A stretch of 64,000 nucleotides of DNA, from the NCBI GenBank assembly GCA_034780895.1, contig JAUZTB010000057.1:21415462-21479461 (forward strand), written 5' to 3'. Under the pieces are notes generated by a model. That model did not search any database, was not told the DNA's origin, and saw only the letters and a list, made by a program, of their open reading frames with translations. The translations under genes and the position numbers were made by a program. This DNA is from Rhynchobatus australiae (taxonomy: Eukaryota). Shown here in pieces: positions 26,414 to 39,845 of the stretch (its first letter is position 1; each line of letters starts with the position of its first letter).

Positions 26414-26527
26414 ACAGGTCTGTAGTCAAAACTCTGTAGTTAATTACCAATTTCAAAATTGCATTTGAAATGGTCCTGGCAATTTTGAAACTGGAACTTA
26501 ATTGCAGAGTTTTAACTACAGACATGT
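26414..26527. repeat. Imperfect inverted repeat (about 49-bp arms, about 16-nt loop)
   Basis: acaggtctgtagtcaaaactctgtagttaattaccaatttcaaaattgc pairs with gcaattttgaaactggaacttaattgcagagttttaactacagacatgt. Confidence 0.85.
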
Positions 26528-27051
26528 TACATAATTATGCCAAATTTCTGAAAAATTATTTTTTTAAGCAAGCATTAAAGAAACATGCTCACGTTCCTGT
26601 TATAGGATAGGTACCATTGGTAGTTAATAGTATCGGTGATTATTTTTCCCCCCCAATCACCATTGTTAACTGCACAAGTTTGACAAGCTGGCAACTAATT
26701 AGATACCAGNNNNNNNNNNNNNNNNNNNNNNNNNNNNNNNNNNNNNNNNNNNNNNNNNNNNNNNNNNNNNNNNNCTTTTGGGCCAAATGTTGCCCAAGTA
26801 TACTTCAGTTATTTACTTGTCAGGAGCAGCTGAATGAAGACAGAATCTGGATTTGGCTTAAAAACATAATTCTTGAAGTCACTTTGTTACTTAAGACAAG
26901 AAATTGGAGATCATTTTTGCATAGAACTTGCATCATGTTATGAATCTGGTTAACCCGATCAAGTGAATTTGTTCAAATTTGACTTTGGAACATTGACATT
27001 ATTCCTGCTTCCACACAGCAGGCCAATAAAAACAAATCAGTAAGGTAGAAG

Positions 27052-27395
27052 GGCAGCACAGTGGTGCAGCTATTAGAGCTGCTGCCTCACAGCTGTGACC
27101 TGGGTTCAAACCAGACCTCCAATGCTGTCAGTATGGAGATTGCACCTTCTCCCTGTGTCTGCATAGGTTTCCCCTGGGTGCTCAAGCTTCCTTCCACACA
27201 TTCAGGTCAGTAGGTAAATTAGCCACAGTAAATTGCCCCTAGTGCATATATGAAGAGTAAAATCTGGGAGAAGTTGATGGGAATATGGAGGAAATAAAAT
27301 GGGATTAGTGTAGGATCAGTGTAAATGTATGTTCAATGGTCAGCATGGACATGGTGGATCAAAGGGCTTGTTTCTGCGCTGTGTGATCACTCTAT
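27052..27395 (+). mobile_element. V-SINE (HE1-like) with CR1-derived tail
   Basis: gggcagcacagtggtgcagc...gctgctgcctcacagc...tgggttcaaacc...ttctccctgtgtctgc...aaattgcccctagtg...gggcttgtttctgcgctgt. Confidence 0.82.
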
Positions 27396-27705
27396 AAATA
27401 CGTGCCTGACTGGTCAACTCAGATTCAGATCAGTTTATTGTCACCAGTCTGCAATGGAACTTGTTTGTGTGAAGCTGAGTAAACCGTAGACATGGTAATA
27501 ATAAACACAACAATACATGCAGCTATGAGCACAAAACCAACAGAATGGAGTAAAGGAAAAAAGTGCAAACTGATACAGTGCAAAAAGAAATGCTAAAGTG
27601 AGGAGATCTGAAGTCCAGGACACTACCAACAAGTACTAGAACAGTCACAGTTCTAAAGATGGGATAAGCCGCACAAAGTTAAGCTGCTATTGATTCCTTT
27701 AGAAG

Positions 27706-28096
27706 ATAGTGAGAATGCAATTTGTACAACAGTGTGTTTAATTTTTGTTTTGCTTGGCAAGTGCATTCTCCATTGCATGAGGATCAGAGTTCTTTTTCTT
27801 AAAATTTATAATATTTCTGTAATAAACTACATTTGTATAACCTTTCATGACCTCAATGTCACAAAACTGTTTATAACCAAATAAATGCTACTAAAACTAT
27901 AATGTAGGAAGCACAGCAGTTATTTTGCATTACTCTATACACAGTTTTGTGACATTGAAAGGTTATACAAATGTAGTTTATTACAGAAATATTATAAATT
28001 TTAACAAAAAGAACTTTGATCCTCATGCAATGGAGAATGCACTTGCCAAGCAAAAAAAAATTAAACACACTGTTGTACAAATTGCATTCTCACTAT
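27706..28096. repeat. Long fold-back inverted repeat (arms 27706-27875 and 27936-28096, 60-nt spacer), MITE-like
   Basis: The arms are near-perfect reverse complements. The ORF track gives the same peptide on opposite strands (LLGKCILHCMRI.VLF.KIYNISVINYICITF). Confidence 0.93.
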
Positions 28097-29929
28097 AAAG
28101 CCCAATATTCCTTTCTGATAACCACATCCATTTAAAGTTGTTGCTGCTGCTAGAATTTGCTAAAAAATAAGGAATTAGAAAACTTAGGATCTCATTTTCA
28201 GATTGTGTTTCTGATAGTATCTCTGACAGTATCTCTGACGTGCTTATTTTTGTACTAATGTCTTGTTTTGCAAAGTCTTTTTTCCCCACTGCCTGGTGTA
28301 ATTTATGTACAATTTATGTTCTATTATACAGTGCATGTTGCCTGAACCTTTGTACTTGTGACGCTGCTGCAAGCAAGTTTTTCCATTGTTCCTGTATCTC
28401 ATGTACTTGTGCACATGAAAATAAACTCAACTTGACTTTACTGATGCATATTATGAGAAAATGAATTCTCAAAAGTAAAAAAGAGACTAGAAAAATGAGG
28501 ATTGAATAAGGAAACTGGCAAGACTTCAACATAAATGGAAATAACAAAGGCTTTTTATAAGGAGCGTAAAGGCACCATTAAAAAGGCAAGCTTGCAATGG
28601 AGTAATTGGGAATGGCCAAAATGTTAATTATTTCATCTCATTCTTTGAGATGAAGAAGAGGAAGTGGTGCCACAAGTCTTCAGAAAGCCTTTGATAAGAA
28701 AATGTTTACCTCAGGAGACTAGTGCAGATAATTATGGGCAAAATTAGACACCGGAAAGCAAAACTGAAATTTTAGATATGTTTGAGGGGAAGAAATAAAG
28801 TACAAGGGAAAACGTTATCAGCAATTGCTCCACTGAGCTCTATCCTCACACAGCTTTGACCCTTTAAGCTTGGTGTGTAATGATCTACCAGAAGTTATTC
28901 CAAATGTGGATGCAATAGAAGACAACAGATAAGAGTGCCAAAAAACATTAACAAGAAGATACTGCTAAGATATTGTAAAAGTATTCAAATGAAAAGAAAG
29001 CTTGGTGATGGAATTCAATGCTAGTACATTTTAGTTATATTTTTAAAAAAAGGGATATTTGGGTGATCCGGAAAAAGAAAAAGGATTTTGGACTTCCAAT
29101 TTACAAGATATTAAAAACTACACCTGAACAGGATGTATGATCATTAAAAAAACTTGTTCTTAAGCAAATAGCACACTAATGAGTCTATAACCAAATATGA
29201 CCTTAAATGTACTGATGTTTACAGCATTGGTCTCCACACTATTTGGTCAAAGTAAAACTAATTTATACTTACAAAGCCCTGAGCTAAATGGAAACAATAT
29301 TATCTTGCAATAGGCAGATCTTATTCAAATAACATTGGAACACAAGGAAACTATATTTGTGAATAAAGGACACGGATGTATACATGTTCTTCAGACTTGT
29401 TTGATAAACTATTTTGCAAATTAAGGTGTATGCTATTAAGGGAATACAGAGAACTAGAAAATACAAAGCACAGGACAGGAATAAATAGGTACCGTAGACC
29501 GGGCAGATACAAATATGCCTCAACGACCTGTGCAGGCATACTATCAATTTATGAAAAGGAGAGAAACCCAAGTTTTTTGATAAAGCAGATTACTGGGAAC
29601 AGTAATGGGCAGATGAAGTTTATAAGCATATGAAGTGGAAAGGCAGTGAAAGGAAACATACCCTCGCATACCCATTAATAAGATTTATAGGTGCAGGCAA
29701 GATTGCAAGCATAACCCCTTAAACACAAATAGGATTTTTAGTTGATATATTCATATGCATTGGGGAAAAAAAAGGTTGAGACCATACTTGACATTGGTTG
29801 GATGATAAATGGAATACCTCAAACTATATAAAAAATATTAGAACCACACAGAAAGGTATAAGGATTTCATAAAATTATACCAGAGTAAAAAAAAGTTTCA
29901 ATCTCCTGAAATATATTGAGACTGTGAAA

Positions 29930-30330
29930 AACCTTGCATTTATTTAGTTCCTTGCATGTCCTCTAGATCATTAATAGTAATTAACCTCTGAAATAGCTGG
30001 TATTATGCACATAAAATTATGCCAAATTTGTGCACAATATGGTACAATAAACAGCAAATGACCTCAACTGCTCTTAACATTGTTAGTTGAAGAAAAAAAA
30101 GCTGGATATCCTGCTTTTCTTTGAATAATGCCAAGGGATTGTTTACATCGACCCAAACTTCAGTACAGAGCCTCAGATTAATATCTCATCTGAAAGAAAA
30201 CACTTTCAATAATGCAACATTCCTTCAATATTCCACTCAAGTATCAATGTTGATTTACCCACTCAAGTCAGAAGCATGTCAAAACCCCACAATATAATTC
30301 AGCAAAAGAGTGGTACCACCTGTTCCAGGT
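29930..30330 (-). mobile_element. Deu-domain SINE (SacSINE1-like), old
   Basis: Reverse complement of the Deu core: cctgcttttctttgaataatgccaagggattgtttacatc...gcctcagattaatatctcatctgaaaga. The tail is cttgcatttatttag. Confidence 0.6.
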
Positions 30331-32366
30331 CAACATTTACTTGGATAATGGGGTATATGGTGCCACTGTGCAGCAAATCAATAATAAGGCAGCAAAGATT
30401 CACGAGAACAATGAAGAGGAAGCTCATTATTTGTTCACACTGAGTTAATAGAACATGGTGCACATTACAATGAGACAGAGGCTATGACATCATTTGAAAC
30501 AGAATTCATTTAAGTATTTGAAAAGAGAAAATGAAAACAGTTACAGAGAAAGATTTTCAAACAGAAAACTCCAGTTGAAGATTTCAGAATTACAGACATG
30601 AAAGCCAGATGGCCTCTGCTGAAGGCTCATTTAAAGGAACATATCTTCAACATACTGTAATCACTCTCATGGGTAGTGTACAGTTTTAGTTATGTCAATA
30701 GACTAGAAATTTGTGCCCTGGTGTAAAAGCCTGAAGAATGTTGGATAAAATCCTTCATGACCATTTGAGAACATGAATTCACTNNNNNNNNNNGTTAAAT
30801 TATGATAATAGTTTTCATAAATTTGGCTTGTAGGCATTAAGTGGATTAACTAACAAGTTATTTCCTTTGGTTGAAATCAAGAACAAGGTGGCATAAAATA
30901 ACAGCTAGGCCATTCAGGAATAAAGGTAGAAACCTCATTTTCCACACAAGGATAAAATACTTCCTTCTACCCAAAAAGGCTGTGTATGCTGGGACAATTG
31001 GAGCTTTCAAATCTGAAGTCCACACACTTTTATCAAGCAAGATTATCAAGAGAAACTGTCAGCAAAGGCAAATAAGTACAATGGGTTGCAAATCAGTCAA
31101 CTAAATGGCAAATGAGATTTTGATTCAGTAGTCTATTCATATCCCTAATGTTCAAAGTTCTTCATAAAGGATCAACAGAAAAGATCACCTTTATGGTGAT
31201 GCGAGCAAAAAGCAATTTTTTGCCAAACACAGAATTCCAGAAAAATTCCATTTGTAATTCGTGAATGCTAAACCCAACACTGGAATCCTGGTTTCCAGCA
31301 TTCCTGGCAAATTTTTATCCATGTGTAGATCTACTCTCAAGAAGATTATTTAAAGGGGAAAAGAAGGTCATGTTTGATATTGAAGTTGTTTCGCCATTGT
31401 CACCCCTCTCATTCTCTTTCAATTGAAATGTTAACCTGACAATAACAGTGAAAGAATTTGCAAGTTTCTACAATTTATGTAATTAAAATCTTATCTCAAT
31501 CTTCTTTGGGGGCAATGAGTTCTCGTTTGTAAAGTAAGCAATAACTGTGATAAAAGCTATAAATATTGTTCACTATTTAATTATAAAAACATTGCAGATA
31601 GTTAGAGACCTGCAGATACCGGGCTATAAGCATTTCTTTATTTGCCTCTTAGGTACCTGCTAATAAGATCTGAAACAATTAATCTCTCACAAGTATCACA
31701 GCAAACCAAAGTGCAGCTACAACAAATATGGCCCATTTTCCCACCCTATAGTCATCACACATGTACGCACACAAAACACATAGAAATAGAAACTAACAAC
31801 CCCAGTATAAGCACCATCATTTGCTATTTGCACTAGTGAAGGTACCCTTTTCAAATTTAACCACACAATGATGCTGACCTATGTGGAGACTGTAAAAGTC
31901 AGATTTCTGTTTGCAGGAGTCTTATTGTTAAGACTACTGGCCAGTTCATGTTTGTGGTCAGACTTGCAATTTGGGTCATATGCTACTGGTAGGTTCTAAC
32001 TAAGGTGCATGGAGAGAGGCAGAATAATTGAAATTAAAATGGTGTAATTTTGGGGATTAATTTAGGGTAGCAATGTCAATATTCCCTTTATTATAGCAAA
32101 TTCCTAAGGACCAGTTGAATCAGGAAGAAAAGGTCAGTTTTAGATAGATATTCCTTTAATTTAACAAAATGAAAGCTACTATTTCTGTATTGTATTTAGC
32201 ATAAAATATTCAGCATCTGTTATATTGTTACAAAAGTTGTCATAATTACAAGAACTATTCTACAGCTCACTTTTCGCACTAAACTTCAAAACTAAAACTA
32301 ATAAATGTTTTAGAATTAAATATGATGATATTAAAAATAATTTAAATGTTCAAGGTGTATACTTAC

Positions 32367-32426
32367 TACAACTGATGTAAGAATATGAACCATACGCATG
32401 TTTGCATATATTCCATCATATTGAAT
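32367..32426 (-). CDS. ATXN2: Ataxin-2 coding exon 3 (LSm domain start), 60 nt
   Basis: Acceptor ttttttccctcag|ATT and donor GTA|gtaagt. Translates IQYDGIYANMRMVHILTSVV. Confidence 0.97.
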
Positions 32427-33599
32427 CTGAGGGAAAAAACAAATTTAGAACATCATCAATTAATGCTTTGAAGTAAGTTAATTTAAGTACACATGCTCAA
32501 TCAAAACAAGTACAGTAATCACTGAATCACATCTTCCTGATATTTTATTTAATAATATAGACCCCTTGTGTATAGATAGGCAGATTCAAAAGAGCAATAA
32601 TTCATTCCAATTATTACTAGTAAACACATAGGCTACAATTGTCAATTTGTATTCACACTCCTGATAAATATTAAATTTGTTTGATGTAATCTTTTTGAAA
32701 CAGAATAGTCTTCAAATTTTAACAGCATTTCTCAATTCATTCAATTCCCTTCATATGTAGCCTATTGTACCCAAAACATGAACCCTTTTTCCATTCTGAT
32801 TGTCAGAACACAAACCTGAAAGCAGGCAGTACATCCTTTTTAAAAAAATGCTCAGAAACAATAGATTCTTGTCCAGGTTTGGTATTATATAAAGCTAATC
32901 TTTGTAGAATGCTCAAGNNNNNNNNNNNNNNNNNNNNNNNNNNNNNNNNNNNNNNNNNNNNNNNNNNNNNNNNNNNNNNNNNNNNNNNNNNNNNNNNNNN
33001 NNNNNNNNNNNNNNNNNCCAGGTTTGGTATTATATAACGCTAATCTTTGTAGAATGCTCAAGTTCTCACCATGGAACAAAATACACAAGGCTCTTTTTTA
33101 TATATATTACAAAAAGGGACTGTATACAGATCATGACAAATTTTAAAAAGTTCACATTTCCAAATTTAGAATTGCAGATTTTTACAAACACAAGGACATA
33201 GGAAAATTATTACACCATTTAGCTCAATCAGCCATACATCTTCCATAATTGCTTTGGATAGCTACTCAGAGCTGGCAATTTTTTTTGTATTTCAGTGTAG
33301 CTTTTACTTCATAAAAATAGAACCGGATATTGCAACATCCACCAAATTGTCAAAATTACTCAATGGATCAAAATAATTGTGGCTACCCAACCCAGAGAAT
33401 TTAATTAGTAGCAACAGTACATAAGCAACTAAGTGATGATGGAGGAAGCTCTTTATTTTTTCTCTTTATCCCAAGGTTAATGAGTCTAACCCCTTATCTC
33501 TGCCTACTTATCGACTAACTTAGCACCAGACATGATCAAATCTGATGACTTCCTTGTCACTACCTAGGTTAGGGAGTTCAGCATATAAACTGCCAACTG

Positions 33600-35150
33600 A
33601 TAGCACTGATGCCCCTTCCAAACTTTTTCACTGCTATATTGACGACTGCATTGGTGCTGCTTCTTGCACTCGTGCAGAACTCATCAATTCTATGATTGTT
33701 GCCACTGACTTCCACCCTGCCCTGAAATTCACCTGGACCATTTCTGAAACTTCCCTTTCTGGATCTCCCTCCATCTCAGGAGACAAACTATCCACCAATA
33801 TCAACTATAAACCTACCGACTCCCTCGATCACACCTCCTCCCTTCTCATCTCCTGTAAGGATATCATCCACTTCTCTCAGTTCTTCTCATCTCAGCTGCA
33901 TCTGTTCTCAAGATGAGGCTTTCCACTCTAAGGCTTCTGAAGTGTCCTCCTCCTTCAGCAAATGTGGTTTCCCATCTGCTGTAGCTGACAGACCCCTCAC
34001 ACACATTTCCTCCATTTCCCGTACATCTGCTCTCAGGACCTTTTCCACCAGACAGAATAGAGACAGAGTTTCTCTGGTCTTTACCTTTCACCCCACTAGC
34101 CTCTGCATCCAGGGATTCATCCTTCACCACTTCCACCAGCTCCAATGGGATCCCACCACCAGCCACATTCTTCTCTGTCCCTCCCATTTTGGTTTCTGCA
34201 GGGATCATTCTCTCCATGATTCCCTGGACTGCTTATCACTCTCCACACTCCCCTCCACATTTGTCCCTTAATTTCCTCCCTCATCACCATCTAGAGACCT
34301 AACCGGCCTTTCCAAGTGAGGCAGAGATTAGTGTGTACCTCCTCCGACCTACATTCACTGCCTGCAATGTTGCCTCCACTATTGGTGAAAGCAAGCATAG
34401 TTTTAGCAACCGCTTTGCAGAGCACCTGCTCTCTCTCTCTCTGCAGCAGCCATATTGAGCTTCCGGCCTCATGTCATTTCAACTCCCCTTCTGATTCCCA
34501 CACTACCCTGTATGCCCTCGGCAGTCTCCACTGCCATGGTGAGGCCAAATGCAAACTAGAAGAATAACATCTCATATTCTACTCGGGTAGCTTACAGCCC
34601 AATGGCATGAACACTGAATTTTCCAATTTCAGCTGCCCACTCTTCCAATTTTCTTTTCCCACTCCCACCTGTCAACCCAGAGTCTCTATCGTTTTGATCA
34701 CCTTTTCCATCCCTCTCCTTCTCATTACCTAGACTCATCACCCTCCTCATCCAGTTCCATCTGCCTATTACTCACACACCCTGCATCAGGTTCTGATACA
34801 GAGTTTCGATCCAAAATGTTGACAATTCCTTTCTTTCCACAGACGCTGCTTGACCTACTGAGTTTCTCCAGCAGATTGTCTGTTGCTGCAGATTCCAGCA
34901 TCTGCAGTCTTTTGTGCCTCCTTTCTTAACCTTTCCCGTTCCCTCCCCCATCTGGTTCCACCTGCCAGATCCTCCCTTCCTTATCTGGTTCCACCGATCA
35001 CCTAACAGCTTCTGTCTCACCCCTCCTTCTATATCCTGGTTTTCTTCCCTCTGCTCTCTCAGTCCTGTTACAAGGTCTCAACCTGAAATGTTAACCACTC
35101 TTTGCCTTCACAGATGCTGCTTAACCAAATGAGTTCTTCCAGTGGATTAT
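33600..35150 (+). mobile_element. Penelope-like retroelement, 5'-truncated (RT C-terminus, GIY-YIG remnant, terminal repeats)
   Basis: ORF 33545..33916 has LFHCYIDDCIGAAS...FHPALKFTWTIS...YKPTDS (YIDD RT motif). Next are RVSLVFTFHPTS and RQRLVCTSS plus attggtgaaagcaag...cgctttgcagagcac (IGE.K...RFAEH). Repeated gatgctgc-gacc-tgag-tccagc ends follow. Confidence 0.85.
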
Positions 35151-35194
35151 TTTTTGTGTCAGCACATCAACACAGCTGATGAAAATATAAAACT

Positions 35195-35392
35195 ATGGAT
35201 GGCAGAATTTGGAAATAAAAAGAAAATATTAGAAACAATCAGGTCACACAGCATCTGTGAAAAGAGAAACAAAGTTAACTTTTCAGGCTGTCAGATGAAG
35301 GGTCTTCAACCTGAAACATTAACTCTGTTTCACTTTCCAAAGGTCTGTTGCCAGACCTGCTGAGTGTTTCTTGCATTCTTTCCTTTTATTTC
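35195..35392. mobile_element. Short Penelope-derived element made of inverted terminal repeats
   Basis: 35213-35287 is the diverged reverse complement of 35310-35392. Related single units lie at about 12015-12130, 19805-19910, 50390-50480, 50790-50880, 55840-55950 and 57965-58075. Confidence 0.65.
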
Positions 35393-35954
35393 AACACAAG
35401 TGTGTTGTGCCAAGTCCAAGTAGTAAGGATGAACCACATTAGTGAACACAGAAGACGCAGAACAGCTCCCTGTGTTCAGTGTCCTTGATTTCTCCCCTTT
35501 CTTCCTCAGGACATTTCAATAGACTAAAACGTTGCAAGACTAATTATTTGGCACAGACATGAAAATCTAAGCCTTTGTGAAACCTCAATTTGCAGAGGTT
35601 TCGCCCCTTTCATCAACATGATCAACTTTTTACCCAGTTCTTAATTTGTATATTATGGCCTTGTATAAATTCTCTCCTCTCATACTCTTCCCCCAATAAG
35701 CACCCATCAGTTTTGTAACACAACTCAACATAATCTGAAATATTGTTCTGTGTTCCACGTATTCAATTTTCTGACACCAAATGAACCAAATCTTCCCCAG
35801 CAAGCACATCTTCACATGCTCCCAACTTAGACAACTGACTGCAAAATGTCACAAAAGCAAATTACTCCAATCTGCAGAGATATCTCCAGCTCAGTCATTA
35901 AGTTGAATTGGAAGTTAAATCCCTTCTGTTATACAAGGCTGAGGGAAAAGTTAG

Positions 35955-36650
35955 TTAGTCAGAGTCGTATCGCCCTGAAAAAGGCCCTTTGGCCCATGCA
36001 TGTCCAATCTGACCAAGATGTATATTCAAGCTAATCCTATTTCCCAGCACTTGGCCCATAACTCTTGTCATTCATATACCCATCCACATGCTTCTTAATT
36101 GTATCTAATGTACCTGCCTCTACCACTTCCTCTGGCAGCTGGTTCCAGGTAACTAAAACCTGCTGTGCAAAAGAAGTTCCCCTCAGGTTCTTATTCAACC
36201 TTTCACCTCTAACCTTAAAACTATGCCCTCTAGTTTTCGATTCCCCAACCCTGAAGAAAAGACCACTCACTCTATCTATGCCCAAGATCCCTCATGATTT
36301 TATAATCCTCTATGAGATCATCCCTCAGATTCCCATGCTCCAAAGAGTAAAAGGTCCAGCCTGTCTAACCTCTCCCTAAGTCAGTCCCTCAAGTCCTGAC
36401 AACAGTCTTATATAAGTTTTCTGCATTCTTTCCAGTTTAATCATATCCTTCCTATAACAGGGACAGCAAAAATGAACACAATACTCCAAGTATGGCCTCA
36501 CCTCCCAACTTCTATATTCAGTGCCCTGACTGAAGGCCAGGATGCCAAAAGTCTTCTTCACTGCCCTATCTACCTGCAACTCCACTTCAAGGGAACTGTA
36601 CTCCAGGGTCCCTCTGCTCTACAAAAGTACCCAGGGCCCCTCTGTTCATT
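35955..36650 (-). mobile_element. CR1/HER1-like LINE 3' fragment
   Basis: ORFs 36376..36585 (QVDRAVKKTFGILAF...VRPYLEYCVHF...RKDMIKLERMQK) and 36037..36285 (SKTRGHSFKVRGER...WNQLPEEVVEAGT). Confidence 0.9.
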
Positions 36651-39329
36651 GTAAAAGTCCTACCTTGATAGAGATATTAAACAATTTTATCAAGAACAGA
36701 GTAAAGGCTGAGAAGAAAATGTAGGTTCATAAAGAGGTTGGATCTGTTAGGGAACCACAGTAGGGGCATACAGAAAGTTGAGGCTGGGTCCACAAACACT
36801 ACTCCTATCCAACAGGTATGATTTACACATTGCTTGAGAAGATGGAAAAGAAAGATGCAGGATGGACAGCCACTATGCAGGGTGATGATAGGGACTCCAT
36901 AATTAGGGGGATAGATGGCATTCTCTAAAGCAAAGAACACAAATCCCAAAAGGACATGTTGCCAGGATAATAGGTATCCAGTGATGCTGGAGGGCAACTT
37001 GGAAAGGAAGGGAGTAAATCTATTTCTCATGGTTCATGTTGGAACATATGAAATAAGAACTCCTGGTGAAAGAATACGAGTTAGATTTGAAATTAAAAGT
37101 AGAAACCAAGGGGAAAGGGAGCTGAGGAGGATCATATGAGCCACTGAATAGAGACAACTTAAATGGAAGTATGTTGGTAGGTTAGCTGGCTTCTGCAAAT
37201 TATCACTATTGTAAATAGGTAAAATTAGGGTGAAATTGATAGGCATGTGATAGTATAGGTTACAGGGAAATATGTGGCGGAATGCATCAATGGGATTGCT
37301 CTGAGAGACGGTATAGACTCAAAGTGCTGAACCTTCAATGTCATAAGAGAAGATAAGGGCAACAATCCCTGGATTATTTCCCACCACATGCAAATTGGCA
37401 CAAATGCAGAAAAATCGCTATTAATGTGGCTCTGTGCAGTCTCCATTGTGGGACTGGTACCAGCTCTAGGTCAGGAAGGAGCTGTCACGAAATGGGAAGG
37501 ACTGTGCCTGAATCCTGATGGGATCTGTTGAAAAGGGTAAATAGGGAGGTGGCAAGGGCTAGTAGAGAGAGAGGAAGAAATCTCTACAAGAAATACATGC
37601 AGCCTAAATATAAAAACAGGAAAAGGTAACATAGGAAAGGATAAAGTAAAGACATAACAGGAGCCCAAAGGAACTATTAACCATAATTTGAGAGGAAAGC
37701 TTATTGATTTTGAGGGGCTGAGCACTTGGGAAGGTAAAATGGGCAACATTGTAGAACAATGGAAGACATTTAAAATAAGGTTCAGCAAACCACAGGAGAA
37801 ATAAATTTTCTGAAAGGAAATATAAAGCTAAACAATCATNNNNNNNNNNNNNNNNNNNNNNNNNNNNNNNNNNNNNNNNNNNNNNNNNNNNNNNNNNNNN
37901 NNNNNNNNNNNNNNNNNNNNNNNNNNNNNNNNNNNNNNNNNNNNNNNNNNNNNNNNNNNNNNNNNNNNNNNNNNNNNNNNNNNNNNNNNNNNNNNNNNNN
38001 NNNNNNNNNNNNNNNNNNNNNNNNNNNNNCAGTCAAGCCCTGCATTACTGCTGTTCAGGTAATGGAAATTTGCCCTTACAAATTTCACAAATCACTACCA
38101 AACATCCGGGACAAGGAACAAAATTCACTTCTATGAAGTTTATAATATAATATCCTATAACAAAAAAGTAAATAAATAAAGAAAGAAAATATCTATTTTT
38201 TTTCCAACTCGCATTTCTTGAAGTATGTGCCAAAAATGTGACTTCACATTACAAACAGAAAGATATGGGCAGTTTTCTAGAAACACATAACCTTCCCATA
38301 ATGCAGGGGTCACCTGTACTTAGCTTCAGTTTTTAACCTTTAACCAGATGATTAAACAATGGTCATGACATTGGACATTGAAATTAGTAATAAGACTTGC
38401 ATTTAACATCAAAAAAAGGGATATATTAAATAAATTAAACAAATAAATTTCCAATCCAAATAGATTGCATCAATGCATTTTAAAGGAACATAGGGAAGTG
38501 GTAGCAAAGTCATTTGTTAGAAGAAAATATAATGCTAGAGGACTGACAGATGGTTAATATAACCTCTATGTTTAAGAAAGGGTTTGGAAAGTGCCCAGGA
38601 ATTATAAACTTAGTCAGCCTCAATAAAAATCCATTCATCTGGCATGCTCAGGACTTTGGTGGTACCCAACTGACAGATTTCCAAACTACTGGATGTTATT
38701 CTACAATATATTTTTTGATGTTACACAGCAGTATAATAAATTTTCCAGTGAACGCAGTAAATTTAACAGGAGCATGGGAACTGGGGCCCCAGTGAATTTA
38801 AGGGGAGTGCAAGAGTCAGCAGGTAGCGAGCCAGGTGCCAAAACACTGGGATTTACGAACAACCAGATAGCATTTTGCATGTTAGTGTAGGAAAAATAGT
38901 GTAATCTTTGCTAAAGATTAGCAAAAAGGATTCCCAGTTAGCTTAAAGATATAAAATAGATGTCCACAAGGATCATTGCTGCTCATAACATACATTAATA
39001 ATTGGAATCAAGAATACCATTTCTAAATTTGAAGATGATACAAAATTCAAGGAGGTAGGCAATACAAGGAAGAACAGCAAAAAAACTACTGGAGGACAAT
39101 AATAAATCTGCAAAATGGGCAAATAATTTCCAGTACATTTTGGCAAGACAGATTGNNNNNNNNNNNNNNNNNNNNNNNNNNNNNNNNNNNNNNNNNNNNN
39201 NNNNNNNNNNNNNNNNNNNNNNNNNNNNNNNNNNNNNNNNNNNNNNNNNNNNNNNNNNNNNNNNNNNNNNNNNNNNNNNNNNNNNNNNNNNNNNNNNNNN
39301 NNNNNNNNNNNNNNNNNNNGTGAAGTTAT

Positions 39330-39845
39330 GCAAATCCAATATCAAACTTTGGCTAGAGCACATGGAGTACTGCTTACTCTTACTATATTATGAAAAGGAT
39401 AAAGAACCAATTGAGAGTGAGTGCATAGAAGAATTATAATGATGATGCAGGAAATGTGAGGGTATACTTACCATGAAAGGATGAACAGGCTATGTCTTTA
39501 CTCTTGAGAAAAGAAGACTGAGGAGTAACCTCACCAAGGTCAATAAAACAAAAAGATACAGAGAGGGTGTTTCCACATGGGGGAGAAGCCAAGGGGCATT
39601 GACATTAGTCACCAAGAAATCAGGAGTTCAGAAGAACCTTCTTTGCCCAACAAATGGTGATACTGTAGAATTCACTGCCAAAGGGTGTGTTTAAAGTAAA
39701 TAGTTGAATTTAAGGGAAGCTGGACAAGTGCATAAGGAAGAAGGGAATAGAAGACTATAATGAATTTAAATGAGGAAAGGTACAAGTGGAGCACCTACTG
39801 CAGCATGGACATTCTGGGCTGAATAGCCCACTTCAGTGCAATACT
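39330..39845 (+). mobile_element. CR1-like LINE 3' fragment, strongly decayed (remnants may extend back to about 37500)
   Basis: catggagtactg...aaaagaagactgaggagtaacctc...ggagttcagaagaaccttctttgccca...tgggctgaatagccc. Confidence 0.6.

Noticed and set aside
28210-28240. 12-bp tandem repeat (ctgatagtatct/ctgacagtatct), plus the tttgaca repeats near 25990-26012
   Set aside because: Only two to three copies; ordinary slippage duplications.
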